Shown here: piece by piece, positions 27,318-38,235 of the stretch
How positions within the stretch are numbered: position 1 is the stretch's first letter
Layout of the letters: every line of letters starts with the position of its first letter
Made by a program: the position numbers and the translations under genes
Source: a virus
Virus record (IMG/VR): IMGVR_UViG_3300034064_000912
Location: 4,209 to 68,208 of that record
DNA length: 64,000 nt
Strand: one strand, 5' to 3'
Notes under the pieces: generated by a model
What the model was told of the DNA's origin: nothing
What the model saw: only the letters and a program-made list of their open reading frames with translations
Databases searched by the model: none

Positions 27318-30194
27318 CTATACTGATGCTCCTACAGAAACCATATATGATTCAACCGCGCTATCTAGAGTAAAGTGCTGAGTATCAGTAAGCGAACCAC
27401 CCACTGACGCAAAAGCAATATTGGAACTATTTTTTGCAGATAGGGTAATGTCAAAAGAATTAAGTCCGACAATATATAAGCTATATTGCACTGGCGATAT
27501 ATTGTAATATGTAGAAGGCACCGTTACTGAAAGTGAAGTACCGCGCTTAAATATCCCAACAGTATTGTTACTACGATTAATTGATGTTAGACCTAAATTT
27601 GTATTTGCTACAGCTGTAAAACCAGAAGTGTTTAAATATGCAAGAACTGTGTTTCCCGTAGTTCTGGAATTAAAATACATTTGTCTATCTGCATTAACAT
27701 CATCTTGAGCGCCCATGTCATATCTACTAGTAGAATTATTAAATCTATTATATACAGACATATGCATACTATTACTATTAAGAGTTATCGCATGAACAGA
27801 CGGTATAAAATTAGTATTATACATAATGTTTGTTCCGTGAAAACCTCTATCTATAGTAAACGATGGGTTGTTTAAAAGTGTGGCAGTACGCAGCTGTTTC
27901 AAAGAAGTAGTAGCTTGAATAACATTTTCACATGCCGTTAGCCATAAATCATCTATATTATAAAAAGTATTATTAACTAATAAATTTTCAAATAATGTTG
28001 ATACTAATGCAAGACGTGATGCTGATACACTTCCACCACGTGCAACTACAGTTGATGCCCATCTAGATGCTAAATCGTAACCTATACTTCCAATTGTAAA
28101 ACTTTCTGGTATTGCTACTTCATTTTGTATTTCATTTACTATTCTAAATGAACCATATAATGCTATACCAGCTGGATGCACAAGATCTCTAACAAATTTT
28201 TCATAGCTACTAAGCATTTTAGTAGCTATAATATCATATGATTGTGTTTGCCAATATTGACTATCAATCACACGCTGTGTATCAGATAAAAATCCACTTC
28301 TATTAGCAAAAAAACCTGTTCCTATTCCATGCTTATCAACTACTGTAGTTCCAGTAACAACAGTTTGATTTTGTGTATTAGAAGAACTTAAAGTAACATA
28401 AGAATCAGGTGAATATGCAAAACCAGAATCATATATATCTGCGGCTATAGCTATACCGACAGCACTTCCAGTATCGCCTGTAACCGTAGCATTATAACCT
28501 TTAAACCCAGTTCCATCTTGTATTTTTAAGTCATAAATTTCTGGTTGTTGAATTGTTACAATTGGATCAGATGAATAACCACTTCCAGGATTAATTTCAG
28601 ATAAGTATGCTATAGTTCCAACTTCTATATCATAAGAATTTAAAGCTAATCCAATTTGTATATCTAAATTTTTATTTGCAATAGTCGGTTTTGTAAACTC
28701 TGGCCAATTTGTATTTCTAGTAAATGAGCTAACAGTGGCAGTTGCAGTAGTATTAATATTAGTTATACTTGATCCTGGCACAAAATAGCCAAAATTTGCA
28801 CCAGTTATAGTAAGAACACCACCAAGATAACTACTAATAATGCCATTTCCATATGCATTTTGTACTGGCAAAATTGTATTAATACTCATTATTGAACTGG
28901 TAGTATTACTAATTAAAGTAATACCTGATACAAGATTTGCATTAGTTATATCAGTACCATTTACATATATTAAAGTTCCATCTGATCTATATACAGTAAG
29001 ATTAGTTATATTGAGACTGGAATTAGATAAATTTTCTCCATTTGCTAAAGAATTATCTACTAATAAATTAATGTCCATTGGCACTACATTAACACTAGAT
29101 GTACTTCTAACTGTATCACCATTATTCCAAGTACCAGTAGCGCCTGTTATAGCTACATTACATCCAACAGCTATATTATCCATTGTAGTATTATTAGAGT
29201 TACCGATAATATCTGTTGTTATATTAAATATTTCTTTATCTACAAGATCTCCTATTTTAAATGTAGCACCAGCCCCACCACCGCCTGTTACACTAATAGC
29301 AGGATTAATTGAAAATCCAGAACCACCATTTATTAAATTAAAAGTAACTTTTCCATTTTCATCTCTAACTGCGGAAATACGTGCTATACCACCAGTGCCA
29401 TCACCATTAACATTTAAAAATTCTCCAACAGAAAAACCAGCACCGCCATTTATAATACCAATTGAAGAAAGTGAACCAATAATAAGTGGTGCATTATCTA
29501 TGGAAATTGCTAAATTATAATCAGATTTTTCTATTTCAGTTAACTGATTATACTCAAAATTACTTATTTTATTACCAAATGCATTAACATAAAGATCATT
29601 ACAAATAATTTTATAACCATATCTAAAAGATCCAGTAACTGCTGAAAGTGTTAATATATTAATAGTTTCATTATTTACTATTTTTGTAGAATAGTTTTCA
29701 ACTACAGCAGATGACTGTAATGAACTATCATATATGATTTTTCCAACTATATCACTTAAATATTTGTTACTAGATATTTCAATATAAATTGGCCTGGTAT
29801 ATTGATTATTTGAAAGTCTAAATAAATCATTGCCAGGTATATATACTTGTATATCTTCATTGAAAAGTATTCTGAATAGCAATTCATAAGATCTAAGGGA
29901 TCCCTTTGATCTATATAAATCTAATATATGCTTAGAAAGAAGACGCTTATCAGCCACAATGCTTTCTGGTATAGAAAGCATATACTTATTTTTAAAATAC
30001 TTAATAAAAGTATCAAGAGTATTATCAATATCAGAATACTCATATAGGCTTCTAGATTGCTCTAAAGGATTACCTACTGATTCTAGCCATTCGTAATAAG
30101 CTCGAGTAAACGCAATAAAATTTGATCCATATTCTTTATAGAATTCTGGAAAATGCGTCTGAATAAATGGCGATATATATTTTTCTACAGACAT
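27318..30194 (-). CDS. gp7: baseplate wedge protein gp7-like with C-terminal extension
   Basis: FPEFY...FIAF.RAYYEWLE; HILDLYRSKGS.RSYELLFRILFNE; DSQYWQ..SY...VHPAG. Confidence 0.75.
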   Translation of the reverse strand: MSVEKYISPFIQTHFPEFYKEYGSNFIAFTRAYYEWLESVGNPLEQSRSLYEYSDIDNTLDTFIKYFKNKYMLSIPESIVADKRLLSKHILDLYRSKGSLRSYELLFRILFNEDIQVYIPGNDLFRLSNNQYTRPIYIEISSNKYLSDIVGKIIYDSSLQSSAVVENYSTKIVNNETINILTLSAVTGSFRYGYKIICNDLYVNAFGNKISNFEYNQLTEIEKSDYNLAISIDNAPLIIGSLSSIGIINGGAGFSVGEFLNVNGDGTGGIARISAVRDENGKVTFNLINGGSGFSINPAISVTGGGGAGATFKIGDLVDKEIFNITTDIIGNSNNTTMDNIAVGCNVAITGATGTWNNGDTVRSTSSVNVVPMDINLLVDNSLANGENLSNSSLNITNLTVYRSDGTLIYVNGTDITNANLVSGITLISNTTSSIMSINTILPVQNAYGNGIISSYLGGVLTITGANFGYFVPGSSITNINTTATATVSSFTRNTNWPEFTKPTIANKNLDIQIGLALNSYDIEVGTIAYLSEINPGSGYSSDPIVTIQQPEIYDLKIQDGTGFKGYNATVTGDTGSAVGIAIAADIYDSGFAYSPDSYVTLSSSNTQNQTVVTGTTVVDKHGIGTGFFANRSGFLSDTQRVIDSQYWQTQSYDIIATKMLSSYEKFVRDLVHPAGIALYGSFRIVNEIQNEVAIPESFTIGSIGYDLASRWASTVVARGGSVSASRLALVSTLFENLLVNNTFYNIDDLWLTACENVIQATTSLKQLRTATLLNNPSFTIDRGFHGTNIMYNTNFIPSVHAITLNSNSMHMSVYNRFNNSTSRYDMGAQDDVNADRQMYFNSRTTGNTVLAYLNTSGFTAVANTNLGLTSINRSNNTVGIFKRGTSLSVTVPSTYYNISPVQYSLYIVGLNSFDITLSAKNSSNIAFASVGGSLTDTQHFTLDSAVESYMVSVGASV

Positions 30195-31993
30195 TATCCG
30201 CTTACTACACTAACAGAAACACCAGAACCAGTATCTATCTGAAGAAGATTATTACGACTACAATATATATCTTGATTTACTGGTGCTGCAAAAATTCTAA
30301 GACCACCTGTTGGTACTGCATCATAAATATATGAATTAATATTAATTATACCATTATTATAATCAATAAATCCTGCTATACTATAATTACTCGCAGTTGT
30401 TGTTACAGTTTTTTCTAGTCTAAATAAATTGCCTGCAGTATTATTTACACCTGAAATATAATCAGTATATACGTACGTTTTACCTTCAGACAAGAATTCA
30501 TTACTGATAATACTAGCTTGCTGTATTTCATTTGAATGAAAATCAACTTTTAGTGATACGGCATTTATTGGATTAAGATCAATGAATTTTTTGTATATAA
30601 ATGCAGTTGTTTCATTACTTAATATACTATAATCGGTATTATCTATCGCACTAGTTAAATTAGACATACGAAAATTTCTACCAAACTGTTTTAAGTTATT
30701 ATCATTAAAATCTGAAATAGTATCAATTACTACTGTTTGCATCTGATATGGTGTTAAACCGGTTTGATTATAGTCAATATGAACTTTAGATAAAAGAGTA
30801 ATATATACAAATTCAGGATCAATAATAACAGGAGAAATTCCAAGAGATGATCTTGGTTGTAGAAATGCAATTAAATCTTTTTTTCTAGAATCGGTTAGTG
30901 CTGTTCCACTATATGTAGAACATGATACGTAAACTTTGCCATATTCAACATCACCAATACCTGATATAGTTTCACCACCATACGCATTAACACTTTCTAT
31001 ATCTGGAAAATTTGCCAAAATAAGATCAATGTAATCTTGTGTAGTAACAACACGTTCTTGAGTTTGGAAATAACGTGGGGCATTATATCTAATAGATTCA
31101 ATACTTTCTGCATCTGCACCACTAGAAGATATTGCAACAGTAGTAGTGGTCATACCACTTTCTATTCTAGTATTATTTATTCCACTTAAATCAACTTCAA
31201 TTGTAAATGTATCAATACCATTAGCAGCAGTTCCAGCGGTTGTTCTATATTCTGCTGTAATAACTGCGCCATTTAATGGTTTTCTTCCAAATACACCATC
31301 ACCAAATACTATTTGATATCTATTATCAATATCGCATTGAAGAAAATATACTTCTGATAATCCATCTAAATCATATAAACTTTTAGTCTGCACATATTCG
31401 CTTATATATTGTCCATCATTTTCTGAAACGACAACTACCAAACTATTAGTATCTATATTTGAATCAAGAAGTGTAAATTTTTGGCCTTCATCATTATAAT
31501 TAACTATAAATGTATCTTGAGAATATGAACCTTCATAAATAGCTAGATTATTGGCTGTAAAAGTTTGATTACCAGATAAAAGTGTTAATGTCTTGTCAGT
31601 TGTAAAAGTGTAGTTTCCAGATGAATTTTTACCGGTAAAAGATGTTCCTTTTGGAATAGTAAATGAAACAGCATTAGATGTAGGTATAATAAGATCAATT
31701 ACAGCTTTAGAAGATCTATTAGATCTAGCTGTATAATTAAGCATTTTTGCATGAGATACTACAGAAGATCTTAGTTGCGCTGAATCTAAAAACATTTCAG
31801 AAGCAGCCATATTCAAATAAAATGCATTCATGAAAGTATTATAAGAAAGCACATCTAACAGGACGTTCATATTAGACCCGTCATAGTCATAATCTTTAAA
31901 CGCAGACTGTGTGCGTAAAAAATTCTTAAGATTAGCTTTTAAAGTATCAAAATCCAGCGAGGCTAGACTAATTGATGAGTTTCCTGTTGCCAT
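30194..31993 (-). CDS. gp6: baseplate wedge subunit gp6
   Basis: LDFDTLKANLK.FL, LLDVLSYNT, EMFLDSAQLRSSVVSHAK.LNY, FGDGVFG, ESIESIRYNAP...Q.RVVT..DY. Confidence 0.93.
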   Translation of the reverse strand: MATGNSSISLASLDFDTLKANLKNFLRTQSAFKDYDYDGSNMNVLLDVLSYNTFMNAFYLNMAASEMFLDSAQLRSSVVSHAKMLNYTARSNRSSKAVIDLIIPTSNAVSFTIPKGTSFTGKNSSGNYTFTTDKTLTLLSGNQTFTANNLAIYEGSYSQDTFIVNYNDEGQKFTLLDSNIDTNSLVVVVSENDGQYISEYVQTKSLYDLDGLSEVYFLQCDIDNRYQIVFGDGVFGRKPLNGAVITAEYRTTAGTAANGIDTFTIEVDLSGINNTRIESGMTTTTVAISSSGADAESIESIRYNAPRYFQTQERVVTTQDYIDLILANFPDIESVNAYGGETISGIGDVEYGKVYVSCSTYSGTALTDSRKKDLIAFLQPRSSLGISPVIIDPEFVYITLLSKVHIDYNQTGLTPYQMQTVVIDTISDFNDNNLKQFGRNFRMSNLTSAIDNTDYSILSNETTAFIYKKFIDLNPINAVSLKVDFHSNEIQQASIISNEFLSEGKTYVYTDYISGVNNTAGNLFRLEKTVTTTASNYSIAGFIDYNNGIININSYIYDAVPTGGLRIFAAPVNQDIYCSRNNLLQIDTGSGVSVSVVSG

Positions 31994-31994
31994 C

Positions 31995-32414
31995 TTATCT
32001 TACTCGCTGAAGAACTAGTTCCAGTGACAATTGATTTGGATTATTTATGATAAAGAAAAATATATTCACTGTAAATCTATTTTGATCTTCGTTATTAATA
32101 ACATTAACTGATATATCATTTGCGCGTGTTTCATTTTGTTTTATTGTATTTATTATATCTTTTTTAAGATCATCTGCAGTAAATCCAGTATATGGCTCAA
32201 ACAGCATTCTACTAACATTACCACCAATATTTGGATTAAATAATCTTTCACCAAGATTTGTAAGAACTAAGTTTCTTATTGACTGCTTTATAGAATTTTC
32301 ATTAGTTATTCTAGCAATATCACTAGACAATGGACTCTTGTCAAATGATGACAAGAAATCACTGAAGTATTCTTGCTGTTTTGCAGTTGGTGTTTGATAG
32401 TCTATTCGTGCCAT
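31995..32414 (-). CDS. gp25: baseplate wedge subunit gp25
   Basis: SIKQSIRNLVLTNLGERLFNPNIG...LFEP. Confidence 0.92.
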   Translation of the reverse strand: MARIDYQTPTAKQQEYFSDFLSSFDKSPLSSDIARITNENSIKQSIRNLVLTNLGERLFNPNIGGNVSRMLFEPYTGFTADDLKKDIINTIKQNETRANDISVNVINNEDQNRFTVNIFFFIINNPNQLSLELVLQRVR

Positions 32415-32430
32415 TGATGTTATTTATATC

Positions 32431-33264
32431 CTATGGAGTAGGAACTTTAGGCGGCTGTTTTACACTAGATGTACTAGTAACACCATTTGTATAAGTGTAT
32501 ATATGATTATTAGTATAAACATATCCAACACCGTAAGTATCCCATGCATTCCATGTAATTGCATGAGTAAATACTTTATCACCAGTAATATTAAATTCGC
32601 CCGATGATGTCATATTTATAGAAGCAGCAGATATGGTATAGTCTCCAGTAACTTCAACCGTCTTGCTTCCGCTTACTAATTCATAAGAATCGCCATTTAC
32701 TACTGCGGTCATATTTCCAGCTACTATAGATGTTAAATCTTGACCAGCCGATGCATAGATATTTTTGCTTGCAGTAGCTGTCATATTACCACCAGATGTT
32801 ACTGTGACATCTGATCCAGCATGTATTTCTGCATTTTTATTGACTGCTGCTATCAGATCTCCACCTATAGATGTAGTAACATTGCCATTCACTTCTATAT
32901 GAGCATCTCCACCAACAACTAGACGGATATTACCACCTACTTTAATATCACCATTTTTGTCTATAGTAAGAGTAAGACCGCCCTTGATATACTTATAATC
33001 ATTTGTTTGAACTAGCTCTACTTTTCTTCCATCTTCTGATATTTCAAAATAAGTGCCAGTCTTATGAGATAATCTGATACGTTCTCTGCCAGGAGTATCA
33101 TCCCAATGCATCTCGTGCCCAGCACGAGTTATAGTAGCATTATTATATGGATACTTTGGAGCAGCAGTAGAAGGCGGAAGCCGACTATCTGCTTCAGAAG
33201 AACTGTTTAAAGTTTCTGTTCCAACCAGTTGACCCGTAACTAAATCGTATGTTGAAATTTCCAT
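32431..33264 (-). CDS. gp5: gp5 C-terminal part (beta-helix spike)
   Basis: YPYNNAT.TRAGH...DDTPGRERIRL.HKTGTYFEI..DG and VxGN/D octapeptide repeats. Confidence 0.85.
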   Translation of the reverse strand: MEISTYDLVTGQLVGTETLNSSSEADSRLPPSTAAPKYPYNNATITRAGHEMHWDDTPGRERIRLSHKTGTYFEISEDGRKVELVQTNDYKYIKGGLTLTIDKNGDIKVGGNIRLVVGGDAHIEVNGNVTTSIGGDLIAAVNKNAEIHAGSDVTVTSGGNMTATASKNIYASAGQDLTSIVAGNMTAVVNGDSYELVSGSKTVEVTGDYTISAASINMTSSGEFNITGDKVFTHAITWNAWDTYGVGYVYTNNHIYTYTNGVTSTSSVKQPPKVPTP

Positions 33265-34581
33265 TTATCGCCTTCTAGCTGCGCGCGCAGCAACAGCTTC
33301 AGCTATAACATTTCTTGATTCAGCGGCTGCAGCTTGCTGTGTTTCTTGCTGTGCGCCAATCTGTTTCATTATATTTTCATTGTCTATTGCTGCAGAATCT
33401 ATTTGCGCACTACTTACTATACTAGCATCTATTTGGTTTGCTAAATTGGTATTATCTACTGCTGTATCTGTCTGAGTACTATTTACTTCACTTGCTAGAG
33501 GATCTGTCGGCGATGCATTTACTTCATTAAATTCAGCTTGTTGCTGTTCTGATATCAGATAAGGATTAGAACTGGCAATTGTTGTATTAGAAGAAGGTTT
33601 AGTCGATGCTTTAGATGACGTAGTAGCAGGAGGATCTGCCTGAAGAGGCGGATCTGGATCAGCAGCTTCAATAGCAAATTCTCTGCTTTTATTTACAGAT
33701 ACCAGCACACTAGCTACTTGATTAATGCTGCTAGTAAAAGCGCTTCCAAATGAAGAAACCGTGCTTATGGCTTGATTTATTGTAGATCCAACATTAAGAG
33801 ATAAAAATGAATTAACACTAGACAAAGATGTTGCTAAACTAAGTAAAGAAGATACTCCGCCAGGATATTGTGCTACTAAAGTTTGAAGTTGAATAGGAAG
33901 AGATGTTAGTGCTATTTGTCCAGTCGAAACTAGTCCGAGCACACTTGTTATTGCCTGCATTCCGCCTGGATATGTTTGAGCAAAACTAGATAACTTATTC
34001 ATAACAGTATTTTTAGCAAATCCTGTAACAGAATTAACCATAGCGCCTGATAAATTATCTGGATCAACTTTACTTAATAAATTTAATATTCCCGGTGAAT
34101 AAGATGTTAAATAACCTACACCTGCCGATACTGCTGGAAATACTGCACCAACTTGCGATATAGCAATAAGATTTTTTAATCCAAGAGCTGCATTCAAATC
34201 TTGACCACGAGCAGCATTTGCCATATCATTATTTTTTTGATCTATAACATAAGAACCATCTACAGTCTGACCAGTTTTAGTCGTACCAGCAGACTGCAAA
34301 GTTCCTGTTGTTATTAATATAGTTCTTTCGGAATCAGCAAAATAGCCATCTACTATAGTTCCAACAACAGCACCAACCGGCGAACTACCAACACCGAGAA
34401 GAGAAGCTCCCCATTGACTTCTTGGTATTGCCCATGGCAATTCACTATCTGGTATTAAAGATTGATTATCATGTAGACCAAATAAACGGACTTGAAGACG
34501 ACCTTGTTGCTTCGGATCCATAACATTTACTACACGACCACGCCATCTTGTTCCACTATAGTCTGCTGTTCTATCTAACAT
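33265..34581 (-). CDS. gp5: gp5 N-terminal part (OB-fold), no lysozyme domain recognised
   Basis: WRGRVVNVMDP...GRLQVRLFGLH...IPDSELPWA...G.IVDGYFAD. Confidence 0.8.
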   Translation of the reverse strand: MLDRTADYSGTRWRGRVVNVMDPKQQGRLQVRLFGLHDNQSLIPDSELPWAIPRSQWGASLLGVGSSPVGAVVGTIVDGYFADSERTILITTGTLQSAGTTKTGQTVDGSYVIDQKNNDMANAARGQDLNAALGLKNLIAISQVGAVFPAVSAGVGYLTSYSPGILNLLSKVDPDNLSGAMVNSVTGFAKNTVMNKLSSFAQTYPGGMQAITSVLGLVSTGQIALTSLPIQLQTLVAQYPGGVSSLLSLATSLSSVNSFLSLNVGSTINQAISTVSSFGSAFTSSINQVASVLVSVNKSREFAIEAADPDPPLQADPPATTSSKASTKPSSNTTIASSNPYLISEQQQAEFNEVNASPTDPLASEVNSTQTDTAVDNTNLANQIDASIVSSAQIDSAAIDNENIMKQIGAQQETQQAAAAESRNVIAEAVAARAARRR

Positions 34582-34594
34582 AATATGTTATCCT

Positions 34595-35800
34595 TTAATT
34601 CAAGCATTCAAGTACGCACGAATAACGTGGTCTTTCACCCTCTGGATTAATCATATGACGAAGAGAAGAAATTATAAAATTGCCAGACACATTATCTTTT
34701 TTAGGGTTACCACTTAAAGCACTCTGTTGTTGAATATTAATATTGATTAGATCACCTGCTTTAAGTTTTGTATCTCCGAAAACTCTTAATCTTACTATAT
34801 TTTGCATAAGCATACCTGAATATGCTAATCTATTAGGTGTTGATTCTGGTATATTAGTAATTGGTAATCTATTATCATATGGAATTGTAGAAGTGCTGCC
34901 AGGATATTTTCCAAACTTTGATATAAATGAAGGCTTATTCCAATTATTAGGATCACCATACTTATCATTTTTAGCAGGAAAATCAATAGACTTAGATATA
35001 TACTCGTTAGTTTCAAAATTAAAAGTATTATAACGAGATTTCATCGTTCCTCTATCTATTCTATCTATTGCATTAAAATTATATGGTAATTCATATCCAA
35101 ATATATTATTATCAGTAAGTTTAGTAATATCTGAACTAACTGCACTATCTTGTATAAAATTCTTTATGACACTTCCTTTAAACATACTTTCAATAGTTAT
35201 AAAGTTGAACCCAGTTTGATTTTCAAAAAATACATAGCTTGAAGATTGGTTCTGAGCCGATACTGCTCTGTTGCGAATTCTATCTATGAATGGCCAAACT
35301 TTTTCGTTTTGTGCCAAAATATCTTGAATTCCTTTAGTCTCTTCAATATTAATCTTCTTTTTAGTTTTTAAGTAGTTTTTCAAAACATCTTGAATATTAT
35401 GAGATATTAATTTTCCTTTATAACTCTTTTGTATATAGCCATATGTATCAACACCGCCAGATGCATAAAAAGCTTCCTCGGAAGTGCAAAGAAGAGTCAT
35501 AGTTCTAGATTTATATTGCGCACTAGGCTCAAGATTCATTGGTTTGTTTATAAGAAACTTATATGTTATTTTATTACCGCCGGGTGTTTGAAATGTTATA
35601 TCAAATGGTTCGCCACCTGATAATTTAAGAGCTGAAAACAATACATCATCATTATCTCTTACATTAATTTCGGCAACAATACATGGTACAAATATACTTT
35701 CATATATTGAACATGATATAAAACCAGTAGAAATATTTCTACCAGCTAATGTCATGCTATTAATAATAAGATCACCTGGTTGATATGAGTTTAATGCCAT
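34595..35800 (-). CDS. baseplate hub protein (gp27-like position and family)
   Basis: SIYESIF.P; YVFFENQ.GFNFITIE; V.GD..LKAGD.I...SGNFIISSLRH; located between gp53 and gp5. Confidence 0.65.
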   Translation of the reverse strand: MALNSYQPGDLIINSMTLAGRNISTGFISCSIYESIFVPCIVAEINVRDNDDVLFSALKLSGGEPFDITFQTPGGNKITYKFLINKPMNLEPSAQYKSRTMTLLCTSEEAFYASGGVDTYGYIQKSYKGKLISHNIQDVLKNYLKTKKKINIEETKGIQDILAQNEKVWPFIDRIRNRAVSAQNQSSSYVFFENQTGFNFITIESMFKGSVIKNFIQDSAVSSDITKLTDNNIFGYELPYNFNAIDRIDRGTMKSRYNTFNFETNEYISKSIDFPAKNDKYGDPNNWNKPSFISKFGKYPGSTSTIPYDNRLPITNIPESTPNRLAYSGMLMQNIVRLRVFGDTKLKAGDLININIQQQSALSGNPKKDNVSGNFIISSLRHMINPEGERPRYSCVLECLN

Positions 35801-35804
35801 ATGA

Positions 35805-36749
35805 TTAAAGTAAATTAGCTAATGTATCAGACATCTGTGAAGATATATCTTCAGCTGCAGATGGATTAATTAATCTTATTGTTTTATTTTTTAGATTTTT
35901 TTCTAATTCATCTTCATATATTGTTACTGGACTCCAATATACAGAATCTGCAGTTGTAATATTATTAGCCAATACTGATACACTGGTTATAATATTATTT
36001 GTAGAACTTTCCGTTCCATAGATATAACTGTTTGAAAAACTAATAGTGTAACCATCTGGTGCAGTATCGACATAACCACTGGTATGCTGAATAGTAACAA
36101 CTGTTGTATTTGTTGTTAGTACTTGTCCACTGCCAGTAGTAGAATAAGAACTACTATTATAACCAAATCTTACATTAACTATTTCATTATTTACATATAA
36201 TGCATTTCCTAGTATATTATATTTTACTATTTTATTAGTTTTAATAATACTATCTAGTCTTTTTCTCTTATATCCAGTAATATTAGATCCTGTAAAAGTT
36301 GGTTCATAATAGCGTTTAGCTGTATCTAGATATGTATTTCCAAATGCATTTTGTTTAGATATATCTGGTAAACTATTATAAGTTGATATATCTATTATGA
36401 TTTGATCATTATACCAATTATTTCTATAATAACTAATTTTTGCAGTAATCTTATCGATATTTCCATACTTTTTAAACAAATAATCATTAAAAACATTATC
36501 GGGCATATACCAGTCATAGTATGGATCGGTTATCCCATTAGATAGATATACTATCCAGCTCATATATTGATCATTTAATAGACGATCAGCTAATTGGTCA
36601 GGTCTTTCATTATTGTCAATATCATATGGATAATATAAGAAATCATTTTTAGCTGGAAAATCACGTACTACTACTCTTTCTGTTATATTAACAGCTAAAG
36701 AATTATTATAATTAATAAGTGGAAATTTGGAAAAATAACTTTCAGACAT
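35805..36749 (-). CDS. gp53: baseplate wedge protein gp53
   Basis: YFSKFPLINY, ERPDQLA..., WIVYL.N.I.DPYYDW, YEDELEKN..NKTIRLI. Confidence 0.88.
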   Translation of the reverse strand: MSESYFSKFPLINYNNSLAVNITERVVVRDFPAKNDFLYYPYDIDNNERPDQLADRLLNDQYMSWIVYLSNGITDPYYDWYMPDNVFNDYLFKKYGNIDKITAKISYYRNNWYNDQIIIDISTYNSLPDISKQNAFGNTYLDTAKRYYEPTFTGSNITGYKRKRLDSIIKTNKIVKYNILGNALYVNNEIVNVRFGYNSSSYSTTGSGQVLTTNTTVVTIQHTSGYVDTAPDGYTISFSNSYIYGTESSTNNIITSVSVLANNITTADSVYWSPVTIYEDELEKNLKNKTIRLINPSAAEDISSQMSDTLANLL

Positions 36750-36758
36750 TATTCAACC

Positions 36759-37748
36759 TTATTTTCGTGACATCATTGATGCACCAGCGACCATATTATT
36801 TTGAAAATCTAACTTTGTCCAGTATTCAATTTCCATTAATTGAATATCTATACTTACTTCAGTTGGTACATTTTGACTACCTTTAAAGAAGGAAGGTGTA
36901 GAAGCAGGTGCATAATTAACTGACAAATCTGTAATTGCACACGGCTTGAATCTATATAGAAAATCATCATTTGAGTAAAATCCAACCTGAACCATACTTG
37001 GATAATTTAAAAGTGTGCCGCTTGAACTTGCTGCTACATCAGGAAGCATATGCCATTTAAATTCATTTACTATAGAAGTTATTATTCTAGACTCTTCTGG
37101 ATCTCTTGCTAATAATTTCCAGTTAAAACTATGTTTTTTGAAACTTGGTTCTTTAAACATAACAGTTAAAAATGGATTGACAGCAAGTCCTAATGGTTGT
37201 AAAAGTTGTTCTAATCTTAAATCAGCACCAGCACCCAATGTTTGATTAACACTTGATAAAGTATCTTTAAATTTTCCAATTGATGCACCTGCTGCTGCAG
37301 CTAAACCCGTTTCTCCTGCAGCTATAAGACCGGCTGTTAATTTATCTATAGTATTAGCATTGGGATCTGATTCTTTTTGAGCATGAAAAAGTACTGATTC
37401 TAAAATTGCACCAACAATTGGATCTGATTTGTCTGTACTCCATTCAGCATGAAATTTATCTTGTATACTTTTAGCAACTGGTAATCTAATAGTGCCAGCT
37501 TTTTTCATATATGGTTGATCAAAAATTGATCTACGCTTATATTCATGAAAATCAAATGACATGCTTAGTGAAAATTTATCTAAATCTCTTGGAAATACGA
37601 GTGGCAAAGTACTTATTTTTTTCTCAAATGGTCTTTTACTGGCAAGAGCAAGACCTACTACTGCAGCTGTACCTGCAGTAGCTAGTAGATTTGATAATCC
37701 AACTCTGTTAAATAATGTTCTAGCTAAATCTATTGTAGTATTCGCCAT
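36759..37748 (-). CDS. gp48: baseplate tail-tube cap gp48
   Basis: IRLP, NPFLTVMF..P.FKKHSFNWKL...E, YPSMV, C.ITDLSVNY.P, PTEV.IDIQLMEIE. Confidence 0.8.
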   Translation of the reverse strand: MANTTIDLARTLFNRVGLSNLLATAGTAAVVGLALASKRPFEKKISTLPLVFPRDLDKFSLSMSFDFHEYKRRSIFDQPYMKKAGTIRLPVAKSIQDKFHAEWSTDKSDPIVGAILESVLFHAQKESDPNANTIDKLTAGLIAAGETGLAAAAGASIGKFKDTLSSVNQTLGAGADLRLEQLLQPLGLAVNPFLTVMFKEPSFKKHSFNWKLLARDPEESRIITSIVNEFKWHMLPDVAASSSGTLLNYPSMVQVGFYSNDDFLYRFKPCAITDLSVNYAPASTPSFFKGSQNVPTEVSIDIQLMEIEYWTKLDFQNNMVAGASMMSRK

Positions 37749-37775
37749 ATCTTATTATTTTTCCTCATATTGACT

Positions 37776-37794
37776 TATTTATCATACATAAATA
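37776..37794. promoter_or_regulatory. divergent late promoters between gp48 and gp4
   Basis: GATAAATA on minus and CATAAATA on plus in the 52-nt divergent gap. Confidence 0.6.
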
Positions 37795-37800
37795 GCAATC

Positions 37801-38235
37801 ATGAAAGGTTTATTTAAGCCACAAAATCCAGCTAAATATATGGGTGATCCAACAAAGATCGTATTCAGATCATCTTGGGAACTAAAATTTATGTCTTATC
37901 TTGATCAACACACCGATGTTATTTATTGGCAATCTGAAGAGCTTTTCATACCATATAAATCGCCAGTAGATGGTAGATATCATAGATATTTTCCTGATTT
38001 TATTGTTAAAAAGAAAGAAAGTGATGGTAGTATAAAAACTGCCATTATAGAAATAAAGCCAGAAAAACAAACAAAACCACCAAAGCATCCTGGAAAAGTG
38101 ACCAAAAGATATATTAATGAAGTATATACTTGGGGCATAAATGATTCTAAATGGAAAGCTGCAAGAGAATATTGCGCTGATAGAAAGTGGACTTTTCACA
38201 TATTTACTGAGAAAGAACTAGGCATAAAATGGTAA
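37801..38235 (+). CDS. gp4: head completion nuclease gp4
   Basis: FKPQNPAKYMGDPTKIVFRSSWE...YFPDF...IEIKP.KQT...N..KWKAA. Confidence 0.93.
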   Translation: MKGLFKPQNPAKYMGDPTKIVFRSSWELKFMSYLDQHTDVIYWQSEELFIPYKSPVDGRYHRYFPDFIVKKKESDGSIKTAIIEIKPEKQTKPPKHPGKVTKRYINEVYTWGINDSKWKAAREYCADRKWTFHIFTEKELGIKW

